From assembly GCF_001194135.2 (NCBI RefSeq), contig NC_068994.1, positions 39,350,200-39,414,199 on the forward strand: a stretch of 64,000 nt of DNA, given 5' to 3'. The notes beneath the pieces were generated by a model, which saw nothing but the letters and a program-made list of their open reading frames with translations, had not been told where the DNA came from and did no database searches. Origin of the DNA: Octopus bimaculoides. Lineage: Eukaryota. Numbering within the stretch: position 1 is the first letter of the stretch; each line of letters opens with the position of its first letter. Made by a program: the position numbers and the translations under genes. Below, piece by piece: positions 38,395 to 52,820 of this stretch.

Positions 38395-40730
38395 GACTAA
38401 AAGGCAGTGAGCTGACAGAATCATTGGCAAACCAGACAAAATGCTAAGTAACATTTCTTCTGGTTTTACATTCTGAGTTCAAATACAACCAATGTTGACT
38501 GCTTTTCATCCTTTTCAGGTCAATGAAATAAGTACCACCCTCAAAATTTCTGGCCTTGTGCCAATAGTAGAAAGGATTATTACTATTGTTGTTTTACTTC
38601 TCGGAGTGCTCAGTCTTCTTTGCTTTAGTTGATTCTGTGAGAGTAGACAGCAGTCTGTTATCTAAGGTCTTACAGAGTCTCTCCTGTACATTATTAGCTT
38701 TGATAATTGGTTGATAATTATTATGGAAGACATTCAACAACAACAATAATAATAATAATAATAATAATTATTATTATTATTATCATCATCATTGAGTGAA
38801 AGAGCAGTGCAGTCCATCAAAGGGACACTGGGGTAAAACATACAAAGCCCAATATACCCATCATGACTACCCATCTGATAAGAGTACACCAGGCACATAC
38901 ATCACAACCATATGTGTGTGACACAGTGATCACAAATCAAGATAAACAGTGCATGACATTGTATTATTATTTTATGAGTTCAGATACTGCTGAGGTTGAC
39001 TCTACCCTTCATCTTTTCAGAGTCAATAAGTTAAATACCAGTCAAGTGCTGAGTTTCATATAGTTGACCCCCCCCCCCCCCNNNNNNNNNNNNNNCACTC
39101 CCTTCAAAAGCTATCATTAATCAACTGACTGGTCTGTTCCAGAGGATTTTCCCTGGCCTAGGTTGCTATTGAGTGAGTGGGGAAATTGCCAGTTTAAAAT
39201 AAACTCTACAGGCATGAAAATGTCATCAGCTAAACCTCCCTGACATGCACACAAAACAACAAAGCTGTTCTGTGTGCACTCATTCAGTGCCTTGTGGAGT
39301 TACATTGAACACCTACTGTTATGTGTAGGTCAAATCCAACCATCAACTCAGTCCATTGTGAAGATTGTCCCTCTGCCTTCCTTTGGCTAGGAAGGACTGG
39401 CAGTGTTTATCTGTCTGGTAGCCTGAGCAAAAGAAGCTGTGTGGCAGACTAGATTGAAAGGGCCGAAGACAGACACCTTACTCATCAACATTTACAAATT
39501 TCATTTGAAATGAAAGATAAGGGTAGAGAGGGAAGAGTTGCCTCCCAGCAAATTTGTTGCAAAAGAGTTTTGAGCATTGTCCAAGTGAACTCTGAGTATG
39601 AATCTATAGATTGAAGGAGGACAACTGGGAGAAGCCACCTGCCTTAGTGGTTAGGGTAACCATGGTCTTGTGGGGTTTCAATGAGTACCTCTGAGTCCTG
39701 TCTTGATCTCGTCCACAGAATTCATATTTTTCCCATCCAAATAACTTTGAAGACTGTGGAACAAATGACAATCCAATGGGGCAAACTGCTCCAGCATTTG
39801 GAATGTCATCCTCGCTGTATATGGCTGAGCATTATCCTGCCAAGTTTGAATTTACCTTTTATTCTTTCGTGGTCAATAAAACGAGAACCAGTTGAGCAGT
39901 GGGGGTCATTCAATTGATTACCCAACCACCAAAAAGAAAAGAAAAGTATAATTGTTGGCCATGATCCAAAATTTGAAACTATTAGGTCACATTGAGTCTG
40001 CAGAAACATTAGCATGCCAGACAACATGATTAGTGACTTTTCTGCAGGTTCTTTACTATCTCAGCTTAAATCTTGTTGAGGTCAACTTTGCCCTTCATCT
40101 TTACAGGGTTAATAAGATAAGTACCAGTTGAGCACTGGGGTCAATGAAATTGACTTACCCCCTCCCCCATATTACTGGCTTATTATTATTGAATGAGAGA
40201 GCAGTGCATGCCATCAAAGGGACACTAGGGTACAACTATACGAAGCCCATTATACCCATCATGACTACCCATCTTTTAAGGGTACACCAGGCACATGCAT
40301 CACAACCATATGTGCACAGCATGGTGATCTCATATCAAGATAAGCAGTGCATGACCTTGCAGGTGAGGCTAGTTAGAATTTTCTTCAGGTTGAGTAGCCC
40401 ATCCTGCTCAAAAGGTCCTTGAATAAGGTGTGTTTAAGGATAATGAACAAGACACCCGTGTTTCCAGAGGTGAATTATCCATACCTCAAAGAATTCCTCT
40501 CAACACATGGTTATGATGCTCCCTAACTACTTCTGCTCATGATTAGAGATGCACATCGTCAGCCACCAAAGGACATGCTCAACTGGTTATGGTTAAACAG
40601 CTGATAAGCAAATTTTTGGTATTGAGCAGAAAATTTGCTGTTGCCCATCTTTTAGACCAAGACAAAATATATACATGATAACACTTCCAATCAGAACCCA
40701 TGAGAATCATTGCCTGGTACTGCATCAGGG
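38395..40730 (+). mobile_element. Nested repeat cluster: family A SINEs plus two copies of another dispersed repeat (38790-38960, 40190-40730)
   Basis: Family A cores at ~38500, 39000, 39870 and 40100. gagcagtgca..ccatcaaagggacact...catgactacccatc...caagataa.cagtgcatgac is duplicated. Confidence 0.75.
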
Positions 40731-40764
<34 letters not shown>

Positions 40765-40948
40765 CAAGTCTTACCCAGAGACTTCAAGAAACAACAAGTT
40801 AGAAGTTCATGTTGGTGTTATGCCTAGGGTGTCATATATTTGGTTTTGCACATAGTATTGTTCTAAAGAATGTTTAAGAAAACATAAGAAAATTATGAGT
40901 TTGTTTTAAAATCTGAGATTATTATTATTATTATTGTTATTGTTGTTG

Positions 40949-41008
<60 letters not shown>

Positions 41009-41540
41009 TTATTATCGTCTAATATATTTATTCACATTGCAAAATATGAATTAAGAGATTGAGTTTCAGACAAATTAGTTTTGATGATGTTTAAATGAAA
41101 GTATCTTAGTAAGGTTTATAGAAGCCAATTTACTGTAAATGTTATGATATTTAGAAAAAGGCATAACTGAAACAAAATACTTCAGATACTACCCTAGTAA
41201 TCGGATGTGGATAGCTATGAAAATTGACCATTTCTACTCAGTTTTATCTTAAACATACCAGTAAATGGATACATAATATTACATTTAGCCAAAATCTGTT
41301 TCAAAATAAATCTCTTTATTTAGTTTTGAATATTCTCAGACTGAAAAGAAAACAGTGCAAAATTTTAGGTTTTGTCTTAAAATAATGCAAACAGATCATA
41401 GACATAACATATAAATGTATCCTGTGTGCAATGTTTCCACAAGAATGCCATATTCATCAATGGAGGTAGAAGTGACTAACACACCATATATATATATATA
41501 CACACACACATATATCTATCTATATGTATACATATATATC

Positions 41541-41603
<63 letters not shown>

Positions 41604-41977
41604 ATATATATTTGTTTCTTTAAAATTAAAATATAATATCATCAGTATGTGGTCTTTTAAAATAATGTTATGAAATAATAGATTCCATAGAATTTTCCAT
41701 ATAAATATTTGATACTTTTTCTTTATTTTTATGTATAGAAAATGAAAATATTAAATATATTTACCAATAGCATGAATATTGCAGCTTGTTCAGGATCTTA
41801 TGTAGCCATAACTTCAAGACGAGTAATGTTAATGTTTTTCAGAAGCTCACAGTTTTATGAAGTTAGATACAGTTTTGCACTTAAAGTTTGGACAAATATT
41901 AACTGACATTACACACACTTTGATAATATGCTTTTTTGTATGATCTAGTATGATCATGACTTTGATTGTTTAGTCAA

Positions 41978-42008
<31 letters not shown>

Positions 42009-42013
42009 CATAT

Positions 42014-42044
<31 letters not shown>

Positions 42045-43039
42045 NNNNNNNNNNNNNNNNNNNNNNNNNNNNNNNNNNNNNNNNNNNNNNNNNNNNNNNN
42101 NNNNNNNNNNNNNNNNNNNNNNNNNNNNNNNNNNNNNNNNNNNNNNNNNNNNNNNNNNNNNNNNNNNNNNNNNNNNNNNNNNNNNNNNNNNNNNNNNNNN
42201 NNNNNNNNNNNNNNNNNNNNNNNNNNNNNNNNNNNNNNNNNNNNNNNNNNNNNNNNNNNNNNNNNNNNNNNNNNNNNNNNNNNNNNNNNNNNNNNNNNNN
42301 NNNNNNNNNNNNNNNNNNNNNNNNNNNNNNNNNNNNNNNNNNNNNNNNNNNNNNNNNNNNNNNNNNNNNNNNNNNNNNNNNNNNNNNNNNNNNNNNNNNN
42401 NNNNNNNNNNNNNNNNNNNNNNNNNNNNNNNNNNNNNNNNNNNNNNNNNNNNNNNNNNNNNNNNNNNNNNNNNNNNNNNNNNNNNNNNNNNNNNNNNNNN
42501 NNNNNNNNNNNNNNNNNNNNNNNNNNNNNNNNNNNNNNNNNNNNNNNNNNNNNNNNNNNNNNNNNNNNNNNNNNNNNNNNNNNNNNNNNNNNNNNNNNNN
42601 NNNNNNNNNNNNNNNNNNNNNNNNNNNNNNNNNNNNNNNNNNNNNNNNNNNNNNNNNNNNNNNNNNNNNNNNNNNNNNNNNNNNNNNNNNNNNNNNNNNN
42701 NNNNNNNNNNNNNNNNNNNNNNNNNNNNNNNNNNNNNNNNNNNNNNNNNNNNNNNNNNNNNNNNNNNNNNNNNNNNNNNNNNNNNNNNNNNNNNNNNNNN
42801 NNNNNNNNNNNNNNNNNNNNNNNNNNNNNNNNNNNNNNNNNNNNNNNNNNNNNNNNNNNNNNNNNNNNNATGAATTTCAACAAAAGAGACGAAGTATACC
42901 AAATATCATGTAAGATGAATTCTAGCTTTGCTGAAACCATCTCTGTTAACAGAAAAGTTAAACAAACACATAATAGTAATAGCCATTTGATATAGATATA
43001 TATATATTTATTTATTTATATACACATACACACACATAC

Positions 43040-43080
<41 letters not shown>

Positions 43081-43089
43081 GTATGTGTA

Positions 43090-43805
43090 TCATCATCATC
43101 ATTGTCATTTAATGTCCGTTTTCCATGCTAGCATGGGTTGGACGGTTCGACCGGGGTCTGGGAAGCCAGGAGGATGCACCAGTCTCCAGTCTGATCTGGC
43201 AGCTAGATGCCCTTTGTAACTCCAACCACTCCATGAATGTAGTGGCTGCTTTTTACGTGCCACCAGCACGGGTATGACAACTACAATTTCCATTTGATTT
43301 TCATTTTGATGTACTTGACTCAGTAAGTATCCTCAAGTCTATTCTGCCTCTACTCCGGATTCCTTCAACTATTTGGGAGCGGCACTTTACACATCTCCCC
43401 TCATCCGTCCATAGTGCATGACCATACCAGCGCAAACGTCTCTCTTGCATGCCACATCCTATGCTTCTTATGTTCATCATTTCTCTCAGGGTGCTTACAC
43501 TCTGTCGTATGTGCACACTGACATTACACATCCAGCAGATCATGCTAGCTTCATTTCTTTCGAGCCTACACATGTCCTCCGCAGTCACAGCCCATGTTTC
43601 ACTGCCGTGAAACATGGTAGTTTGCACACATGAATCGTACAATCTACCTTTCACTCTGAGCAAGAGGCCCTTTGCCACCAGTAGGAGTAGAAGCTTTGTA
43701 AACTTTGCCCAGGCTATTCATATTCTAGTGGTAACACTCTCTGAGCATCCACCCCAACTACTAACTTGGTCACCTAGCTGACAGAAGCTATAAACTACTT
43801 CTAGT
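43090..43805 (-). mobile_element. RTE LINE 3' fragment (same family as 19.4-23.5 kb)
   Basis: KGRLYDSCVQTTMFHGSETW..RLRWYGH. (cat)n tail adjoining (TA)n. Confidence 0.9.
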
Positions 43806-43828
43806 TTCTCCCACTGGAGTATGTATAC

Positions 43829-43934
<106 letters not shown>

Positions 43935-44514
43935 TAGCAATGTAGGTATTTCCAATACCCTAGTCACATTTAGTGACAATTATAGTTATCCTTTTTGGTG
44001 AAATTATGCAAACTGCTGCCTACATTAATTTTATATACACACATACACACACACACATGCATATTTAATCTTTTATCTTTTACTTGTTTCGTTCAGTGAT
44101 TTGTCTGTGGACTTGCCAGAAAATGCCTTGAAGAATTTTAGTCGAATTCAATCAATCTCAGTACTTATTTTTAAAGCCTGGTACTTATTCTATAGGTCCC
44201 TTTTTTCTGAGCTGCCAAATTAGCAGTGTGAGATGTGAGGAGTATTAAACTTTTGGATACTATTTCTATCAGATCTAGTGACCATGTAGAGGTTTTCTTA
44301 CCACAGATTGTGAAGTTTTTGATCCCTTTTGGCTAGTAGTTCCTCCAATACCACTATATTTCATTTGTAGAAATAACCATCATAACAATTAAATCACTGA
44401 AAGAGGTTTTGTTTTGTGCTCTATTTTTTTTATATTTCATGGAAGTGATATTATTGCATAGCTAAAATTAATGTAATTAAATAAAATAAGAGGGAAATAT
44501 GTAAAAAAAAATAA

Positions 44515-44546
<32 letters not shown>

Positions 44547-44949
44547 AGATGAAAGAAAATTTGTAACCTAATCTGAGTATTTTATTGATTCCTGAAAATA
44601 ATTTCTACTAGAAAACCATTTGGATTGAGGAAATAATTAGTAGCAATCCTGTAATTGTGTAGATGGTACTTCATAAAAATTTCTGATCAATCACAGAAGC
44701 CGTCAATACAGCAATATGTTATAGATATTGCGATAGATTTGATCAATACGCAATACTGATCAGAAGTTAATGCTACTGTTATTAGCTATGGTGCATAGTT
44801 ATTACAGCAGAAGCAAATAATATCCAAAGCTTGGATCGCAAACGAAAGCTGTCACTACAGCCATTAACCTGATTTTTCATAATTTTCTCACACCACATAC
44901 ATACATATATGTAATATATACATACATACATACATATATATATATGTGT

Positions 44950-44990
<41 letters not shown>

Positions 44991-45072
44991 ATCATACACA
45001 CAAGCGAGCACATGCATCATTGTTTGTATGTCTTTGTATGCATGTGCATACATATTTGCTTGTATATGTGTT

Positions 45073-45117
<45 letters not shown>

Positions 45118-45931
45118 ATATTTATATATGTATATCTATGTATATATATATACATATATGCATATATGTATGTATGACAATATATGCACACAAACAAGCA
45201 CATACATCATTGTTTTATGTTCTGGAAGCATGTGCATACATGCATGTGTATGTATACATATATGTATATGTATATTTATTTACACACACACTCACACACA
45301 AATATGATACATACATGCACACACATATCTTTATGTAGCCAAGTTCCATGAAATTTGACCTAGTTTTTACATCATCTTCCTCACTCCTCACAACATCATT
45401 TAGACCATTTGTGTGTGTGTATGTGAGAGAGAGAGAGAGAGAGAGAGAGAGTATGGGTGTGTATATACTTATTTATATAACATCTTTCATTTGATTTTCT
45501 GTAATACAAGAATTCATATGTCTGAATTTAAAATTACATCCAAAAAGTTAGACACAAAATTTGACATTAAATATAATCTTTAACTATAAGTCTTTAAATA
45601 AATCTATAGGTTCTTTTCTAAAACTATTTGTATCATGATCATTTGTATAATACAATGCAGTTAGACCAACACCTTGACTAAAATGAATGGAGACATGTTT
45701 GATGTCTGCATGGGCTCATATAACAGAGATGAATTATACAAAATTATTGTAAACTATGTTTTCAACTTTTGTTAAAAGATTTCCATGCCTTTCGAGAAGG
45801 TTTATACAGAGTCAATGATCTAATAACTACACATAATAGCCTCACATTCATAATATAGAGTGATTTCAAAAAGGCTTTAGAAAATTACTCAAAATATTAT
45901 GCTTAAGGACTATGAATGATACCAGTCTTAA

Positions 45932-46148
45932 ACCTTTAGCATTTAAACTGGCTATATCTGACCAAAATATTCTGTTTGTTTTATGCTCAAACTGGCCATA
46001 TCCTGCCTTTCACACCTGCCCTACAATGTCATGCTAAAAGTAAACAATCCCATAATCGAAATTTCAAAGCTACAAGATAGTGCATGATTAATTCAAAACA
46101 AATGTGGATAAATGTTACATTTGACAGAATAATCTGAATGCTAAAGGG
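45932..46148. mobile_element. piggyBac-type MITE, 217 bp, TTAA TSD
   Basis: TTAA|acctttagcatt ... aatgctaaaggg|TTAA. Confidence 0.85.
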
Positions 46149-46369
46149 TTAACGTTGGTAACTATTCAGATGTTATATTAAATATGTATATATTCTACCT
46201 ATATAGAAAACCAAACTGTATAAATAAAAATTTAAACCACCCTTCTATAATCCTAAGAAATCATCATTGTTATACATTTTGTTCCATTGCAGAATGGGTT
46301 GGACAAATTTTCTGAGACTGTTTTATGGTTAGTTGCCTTTCCTCTCACCTGCCTTTTTAAATAATTTGT

Positions 46370-46700
46370 TATGACACACAGAAAACATATTTGAAGTGGT
46401 TGATCTAATAAACCAAAGATTTCAAAAGAAAATTATATGGAAGATACTCTTCTCTGATAATTTCTCTTCAGAAGCACTTCTAATGAACTGAAAATGCCCA
46501 CTTTCAGAAGCAGTTTGTTCTAGAATTTTTCAACATCAACAAGAGGATACACTACTAGTTTGCAACAAAGTGAAATATTTTAACAGATCCCAAAACGTTT
46601 TTGCCCCTTTTGACAAAACCCAAAGTTGCAATTGATGCTCACACACATTCAAGAGATTTCACTCCAGTGCCATAACCAACATAAAAAAACAAACAAACAT
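46370..46700 (+). mobile_element. Possible very old hAT transposase C-terminal relic
   Basis: Broken-frame FEVVDLINQRFQ and LMLTHIQE, resembling ZMYM1-like hAT C-termini. Confidence 0.3.
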
Positions 46701-47579
46701 GTTCTACTCAGCAAAAACTATGAATACAAGAGCCTGAGTTAGATATAGTAGACAAAATTGAATGTTAGCCCTTCATAATTTTCGTAACTTCAACCTAACA
46801 TTTTAAAGACCACAAACAAATCTTCTTCGGTATCCTTACATGTAGACCACTAAACCACATTAAAATAGAATAAGGCACAGTAAGCAAACATATTTTAGTC
46901 AAGATTTTCCTAAAACAAGTATTTAAGTCTTTAATCTCTCCTTTTGGGACAACAAAACATTTATCTAAATGGTTCAAGAAAATCTTTGTGTTCCCATGTC
47001 AACTAACCTACAGTAAATGCCAGGACTACACTCCAAAATGTCTCCCAAACTCCAGTAGGGTCATCAAATTCCTTAATTTGTTCACACACTCCTTTCAATC
47101 CAACCTCTATTTCAACATTTCTTCAACTCACAAAACTAGGTAAAATATTAACCACATTGTATGTGCCCACACATATATATTTAAAATATATGACACTCCA
47201 TTATTAACATTTGGCTTGTCAGTATCTCCATCCCTATTAAATATAGAGTCAGCATCTCCATTTCTTTATTATTTTCACTAATCTATCATCTTCCATCACA
47301 TCCACGTCTTTCTTTATGAGCTTCACTTCCCACATTCATTTCTTATGTTACTGTTATTTTCCATCTAAACATGTTAATCTTCTTCATGATTTCTCATTTA
47401 CTTTTTGAGAATGAAGACTTTTTTAGAAAATATTTCCAAAAAAGTCATTATTTGAAAAATATTTTTATCAAGACCTACCTTTAAATTTCAATTTATTTAA
47501 TCATAACTTTTGTGAAACATTTTAGTATTTTTCTGGAATTTTCAAAACTGTTTTTAATCTAACAACTTTTGGCATTATG

Positions 47580-47611
<32 letters not shown>

Positions 47612-47617
<6 letters not shown>

Positions 47618-48600
47618 GGCAGCAAGCATGTAGAATTGTTAGTATGCCAAGCAAAATGTTTAGTGACATTTTGTCTGTCTGTCTTTGTGTTCTGAGCTCA
47701 GATTCCACTAAGGTTGACTTTGCGTTTTCTTTCTGTCAGGGCCCATAAATTAAGTACCAGTTGGACACTGGAGTCAATATAATCAATTTAACCCCTCCCC
47801 TGAAATTGTTAGCCTTGTGCCAAAATTTGAAACCAGCATTATTATTAGCATCGTTTTGGTTTGGCTCAGGTTTAGTCTTATTCCTGATAGGATTTATGTG
47901 CGTAGCGGATTACTACCTGTAAACTTAGGCATCCACAAGTTTCCCACAATCTTTTAAGTGCGTAGAACCCTTCACATTTCTAATTTCTAATAATAATAAT
48001 AATAATAATAATAATCCTTTCTACTCTAGGCACAAGGCCCAAAATTTTTGGGGAGGGGCCAGTCACTTAGATCAACTCCAATACGCAACTGGTAATTAAT
48101 TTATCCACTCCAAAAAGAAGAAAGGCAAAGTCGACCGTGGTGGAATTTGAACTCAGAATGTAAAGCCAGACAAAATACTGCTAAACATTTCACCCGGTGT
48201 GCTAATGATTCTGCCAGCTCACTGCCTTAATAATAATAATAATGATAATCATAAGCAAAGATATAGACAAATGGTTGAAGGAGACTGAAATAGAATGCCC
48301 GGTAGAGCTCCTACTGAAATTAGAAATTAATGATATATTATATTAAAAATTATTAACATCATTGTAATGTCCCTTTATCCATTATCCTTGAGTTGGCAAA
48401 ATCATTAGCACATCATACAAAATGCTTAACAGCATTTCATTCATCTTTACATTTTGAGATCAAATTCGACCAATGTCAGCTTTGCCTTTCATCCTTTCTG
48501 GGTTGATATTATAAGTACCGGTCAAATACTGGTACCATGCAATCTACAATCCCCGTCTCCTACAAAATTTAAGGCTTGTGCCTATAATACAAAGGACTAC
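47612..48600. mobile_element. Three family A SINEs in +/-/+ orientation
   Basis: + 47612-47845, - 48012-48230, + 48385-48600. Confidence 0.85.
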
Positions 48601-49329
48601 GGCTACTACTACTAATTTGAGCATATTTATATTTTTACATTTATCTTTCTTCATTTCCTTGCATTTTTATTCCCTCATTCATATTTTTAAATTAGTTTTC
48701 ATTCTTCTTATCCATATTATATATTCCTTCACAGAATTTAAATTTATTGCTTTTTTCATTTTTATATTTATTTTTATTTACCATTTTTATTTGTGCACAG
48801 TATTTACTCATATAGCATGCAGACCCAATTTTAGGCTATGATATCCTTGAAAAACATCTCACATGTATAACAAACATTGACTTTTCTCCAGTATCATGGT
48901 GTGTGGAAAAAGGAGATTTTAGTTAGTTTTATATAGAATATATGAAAACGTTCATATATCCTAAACAAAAAAAAAAACACAAATTGAATTGTGACCTTTG
49001 AACTTTACTAGTGTAAGCTGTAAATCTTCATCTGTTGTAAAGACGCGATTGTAAAATTAGAAAATCAGTCCTATTGATATAGCTATTCAATTTTGTTAAT
49101 AGAAAACTGTGTCATTTTTAATTGACTTGGAATTAAATAACAGCAAAAACAACAATGATGAAACCAGTAAGTGAGCTCAAAATTAAAAGAATCTACATGA
49201 AAAATTATAAACAATCAACCTGAACAAGAAACTCTACTTTTAAATATTGAAACCTGTTACATATGAAACTGGATAAATAGCAACAGTAAGTAATGTTTAC
49301 ATTCTGAAAGTTTTAAAAATAGCATCATG

Positions 49330-49950
49330 CAAATAAAAGACCCCTTTTAATAATGTAACTCTGGGATGTTCTTTGATGCTAGTGCATATCGTTTGCACAA
49401 ACAAAGTTCTTGAAAGCTTGATAAATATCATGTTTTTTCCTTTTTGAGGAATGTGACTTGAAAATTTCTTCATGTGAGAAAATTCAATGCATAGAAATAC
49501 ACAGTGGGGAACAGCCACAATATGAATTGACTCATCAGACTACAAATTAAGAAAAAAATTTGTGATCAAATTTTATGTGGTTCTTTACATTTGTGAATGT
49601 AGTTTGTATTTTGTAAGTAACTGTATTCCTTAGAAGTGACATAGATTTTATTACAGAAATAATATTTACTTTTTTGTCTTTTTTGTGAGAATAGTCTTTT
49701 ACCAACCAGCCAACTCATTTTTCAGTTGCTTTACTTTGGCCATTCTCAAACCACTTAGGATATGATATTTACCAATGTAATCTTTGTGATAGTTTGAAAA
49801 TGGCATTCTGCTTTATATATTGCAATTCTTAGCATGTTCAACAACACTGTGGTATATCATGCAAACACACTTTTCTTTAAAACTTGTGGAAAATGTAATC
49901 ATCTGCTCATTCCACCAGATAAACATAGCTATGAGTCTATCTCTTTGATA
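49330..49950 (-). mobile_element. Decayed hAT-Charlie (GTF2IRD2/ZBED-like) transposase
   Basis: WNEQ..KEKCVCMIYHSVVEHAKNCNI*..AKVKQLKNEL (BED-like N-terminus), followed by a DES motif with stops and frameshifts. 49140-49320 resembles 31920-32100. Confidence 0.55.
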
Positions 49951-50199
49951 TTATTATGACCTTAGATACATGAAAATATACCGCTTGTACACCACAAACA
50001 TGGCTACACAACTGTATCTTTCTTATGACACTTTCAGTAATAAGATAGTCTGAGGGCAGCAGTGAAGTTTCCATGCACTGCAATATCACAAACGTTTGTT
50101 GTTTTATAATTTACTGAATACAGAGTAAAATTTTTTCAATCTTACTGTACCATGTGATTTACTTTCATATCATCAAATATTTTGAATAATTTATCTTTT

Positions 50200-50610
50200 G
50201 TCTTATTTGTTTTAATTATTAGAGTATGGTCATACTGGGGCACTACCTTAAAGAATTTTTAGCTGAATGAGTCAACCCCAGTAGTTACTTTTTTTTTAAA
50301 GCCTGGTACTTATTTTATTGATATCTTTTGCTGAAGTATTAAGTTATAAGAATGTAAACACACCAACACTGGTTGTTGAGTGGTGGGGGAGGACAACCAC
50401 AGACACAAGAAACACACACATGCATACATACATACAAACATGCACATGCACACACACACATGAAAGGCTTCTTTCAGTTTCCATCTGCTAAATCTTCTCA
50501 CAAGGCTGTAGTAGAAGACACTTGCTCAAGGTGCCATACAGTGGGATTGAACCCAGAAACATGTGGTTGGAAAGTAAGCCGCTTACCACACAGCTACACC
50601 TGCATCTATT
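50200..50610 (-). mobile_element. Family B SINE (a + copy lies at 51365-51690)
   Basis: Reverse-complement head, core and tail blocks with internal (CA)n. Confidence 0.85.
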
Positions 50611-50783
50611 TCAGAAGAAAGTTTAAGTGTTGCCATTTTAGATGCGTTTGTAAGACAGCAAATCTTTGGTAGAACTGCCAGTAATATATTTGACAAAATT
50701 TTAACATATTAAAAAAAAATTTATATCCAACTTAGTCATTTTTAGGTAATATATTTAACTTTTACTCTCTTAAACTTCTGTAG

Positions 50784-50864
50784 GTTTGTTTGGTGATCAT
50801 GAAAGGTTTTCTTTTTTGACCCACAACTACAGCCAGCTTACTTGCCATAGAGAATATTTTTGTG
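50784..50864 (+). CDS. Candidate plus-strand 81-nt symmetric exon (LFGDHERFSFLTHNYSQLTCHREYFC)
   Basis: Acceptor actttactctcttaaacttctgtag|, donor GTG|gtaatt. Only the phase 1-1 frame is open. Product unrecognised. Confidence 0.3.
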
Positions 50865-51742
50865 GTAATTTTAATTTTTTAGTTTGTGCTTATGTTATTT
50901 AATAAGTGAGGTATGAATGTATCAGATTGTTTACAATATTTTCAGTTTTTATTATTCGTTTTAGTTTAAAAAAGGAATGTGTGGTTGTAGGGAAACAGTT
51001 GCTATTTCTAGCAGGTTGAGTAACTGCATAAAAGTTCCACTCTAAGGCAGAATAATAGTTATTTAATTAATGTTTTTAAGAGTTCTCTTTTTCTTTTTTT
51101 TTTTTTTAGAAGTAAAATAAGTCAAATTATTCATGCAAAATTAGAGCTGTCCTTTAAGTTTCAAAAATTTAACTTTCCTTTTAGTCTCTCAAATAAATGA
51201 TATAATAATACTCTATCAATAAGAATTTTAAACATGTTATATCAAATAACAATTCTAAAGAATGAAGAATTTTTGGTCACTGCATGATGACTGTAATTTA
51301 CAACAAATAAAAACAATTTGATGAAACTAAACAATAAATTCAAAAAATAAATAAGCAAGCACAGAGGTGGCTGTGTAGTTAGAAGTTTGCTTTCCAACCA
51401 CATGGTTACATGTTCAGTCCAAGTGCCTTCCACTAAAGCCCCAGGCCACCCAAATCCGTGTAAATGGCTTTGGTTGATGGAAACTGAAAGAATCCCATTG
51501 TATACATATATATGTATATATCTGTGTGTCTTTGTTTGTCCCCTCCCCTCGCTGGATAAATGGTGTTGGGTTGTTTATATCCCCATAACTTAGCAGTTCA
51601 GCAAAAGGGGTTGACTTGTTCAGCTAAGCTCTTCAAGATGGTACCCCCACATGGCCACATTCCAATGACTGAAACAAGTAAAAGATAAAATGAATTATAG
51701 AACTTGCTATTGCCAAATAATAATCAGTTTTTTAAAAACTAC

Positions 51743-52180
51743 TTAATCACCACTATGTTCATATATGTCATTGTACCGTCTCCAGTAAAATTCCATCAAG
51801 TAACTATAGAAAAGTTCTTGAGATATATTATTCATCAGGTTCAATTTTTTTATGGCATAAGACCAAAATGACTCCATACTTCGTATATGTGCATGAAGGT
51901 TAGCAGGATTGATGAAATTTTTACTGTGGTTCTCTCTATTATAAAAGCACCAATTGTCAGTGCATACTATTGATCCACTAGCAAATATCGAGCAGTGGGT
52001 TCTTCAAAGAAAAATTTCTTTATGTTTCCTTGAACTATATCCTTAAATACCCTCTGGCCATCTCTTTAATGGACTTTTGCATACTTTCTGTTGAAATTCT
52101 TCATATTTCTATATTTCCACCATAAGAGATTCATTTGTATCTGGACTGATTCCACCAATATGCATTGGATTGTTTTGAAA
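51743..52180 (-). mobile_element. Merlin / IS1595(ISXO2)-like DDE transposase remnant
   Basis: GGISPDTNESLMVE, then in frame SGSIVCTDNWCFY..NHSKNFINP..HAHIRSMESFWS..YSYLMEFYWRR. Matches the Merlin pattern G(S/T)I.(S/T)D.W..Y / NHS..F / H...(I)ES.W / YL.EF.WR. Confidence 0.8.
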
Positions 52181-52414
52181 TTAATGACACGTCTATTATG
52201 AAACAAAAACCAAACTATAACTGCTCAGGTTTTGTTTATTTTGCACTCTTTAGCAATTTTTATTGAATAAGTATCAGTGTTTTGAAAATACATCACATCA
52301 AGCAATTGTTTTAACAATAGGTAGCATCACAAATAGATAAACAAATAAATAAAGATAAAAAGATAAAGTGGAAAGGAAAGGTAAAAATAATATTCTTTAG
52401 TGACCATTTCACAA

Positions 52415-52820
52415 TATTAATGATACTGCCATTGCGAAGACCTGTTGGGGCAAGCAAAAGTGAAATCGTCATGGCACCTGTGCCCAGCGTCGCCTTCCTG
52501 GCAGTTGTGCCAGTGCCACATGTAAAAACATTTGAGCGAGATCATTGCCAGTGCCGCTGGACTGGCTCCTGTGCAGGTGGCATGTAAAATACACCATTTT
52601 GAGTGTGGCCATTGCCAGTACTGCCTGACTGGCCTTCGTGCCGGTGGCACTTAAAAGCACCCACTACACTCTTGGAGTGATTGGCGTTAGGAAGGGCATC
52701 CAGCTGTAGAAACTCTGCCAAATCAGATTTGGTGTAGCCATCTGGTTCACCAGTCCTCAGTCAAATCGTCCAACCCATGCTAGCATGGAAAGCGGACGTT
52801 AAACGATGATGATAATGATA
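52415..52820 (+). mobile_element. RTE-family 3' UTR/tail copy
   Basis: Ends ccaacccatgctagcatggaaagcggacgttaaacgatgatgat. Confidence 0.85.

Noticed and set aside
44302-44397. Minus-strand exon ending at a strong gtaaga donor (MKYSGIGGTTSQKGSKTSQSV)
   Set aside because: The donor is good, but acceptor and frame are ambiguous and there is no homology; insufficient on its own.
46800-47130. Minus-strand open stretches (EFDDPTGVWETFWSVVLAFTV; DKCFVVPKGEIKDL...)
   Set aside because: Joining them needs a 43-nt intron and a weak acceptor, and they lie beside a transposase relic. Exon versus decayed TE is unresolved.
49440-49530. Plus-strand degenerate C2H2 finger (EECDLK..IHSGEQP)
   Set aside because: Ligands are incomplete, and the opposite strand is better explained as hAT-Charlie transposase.
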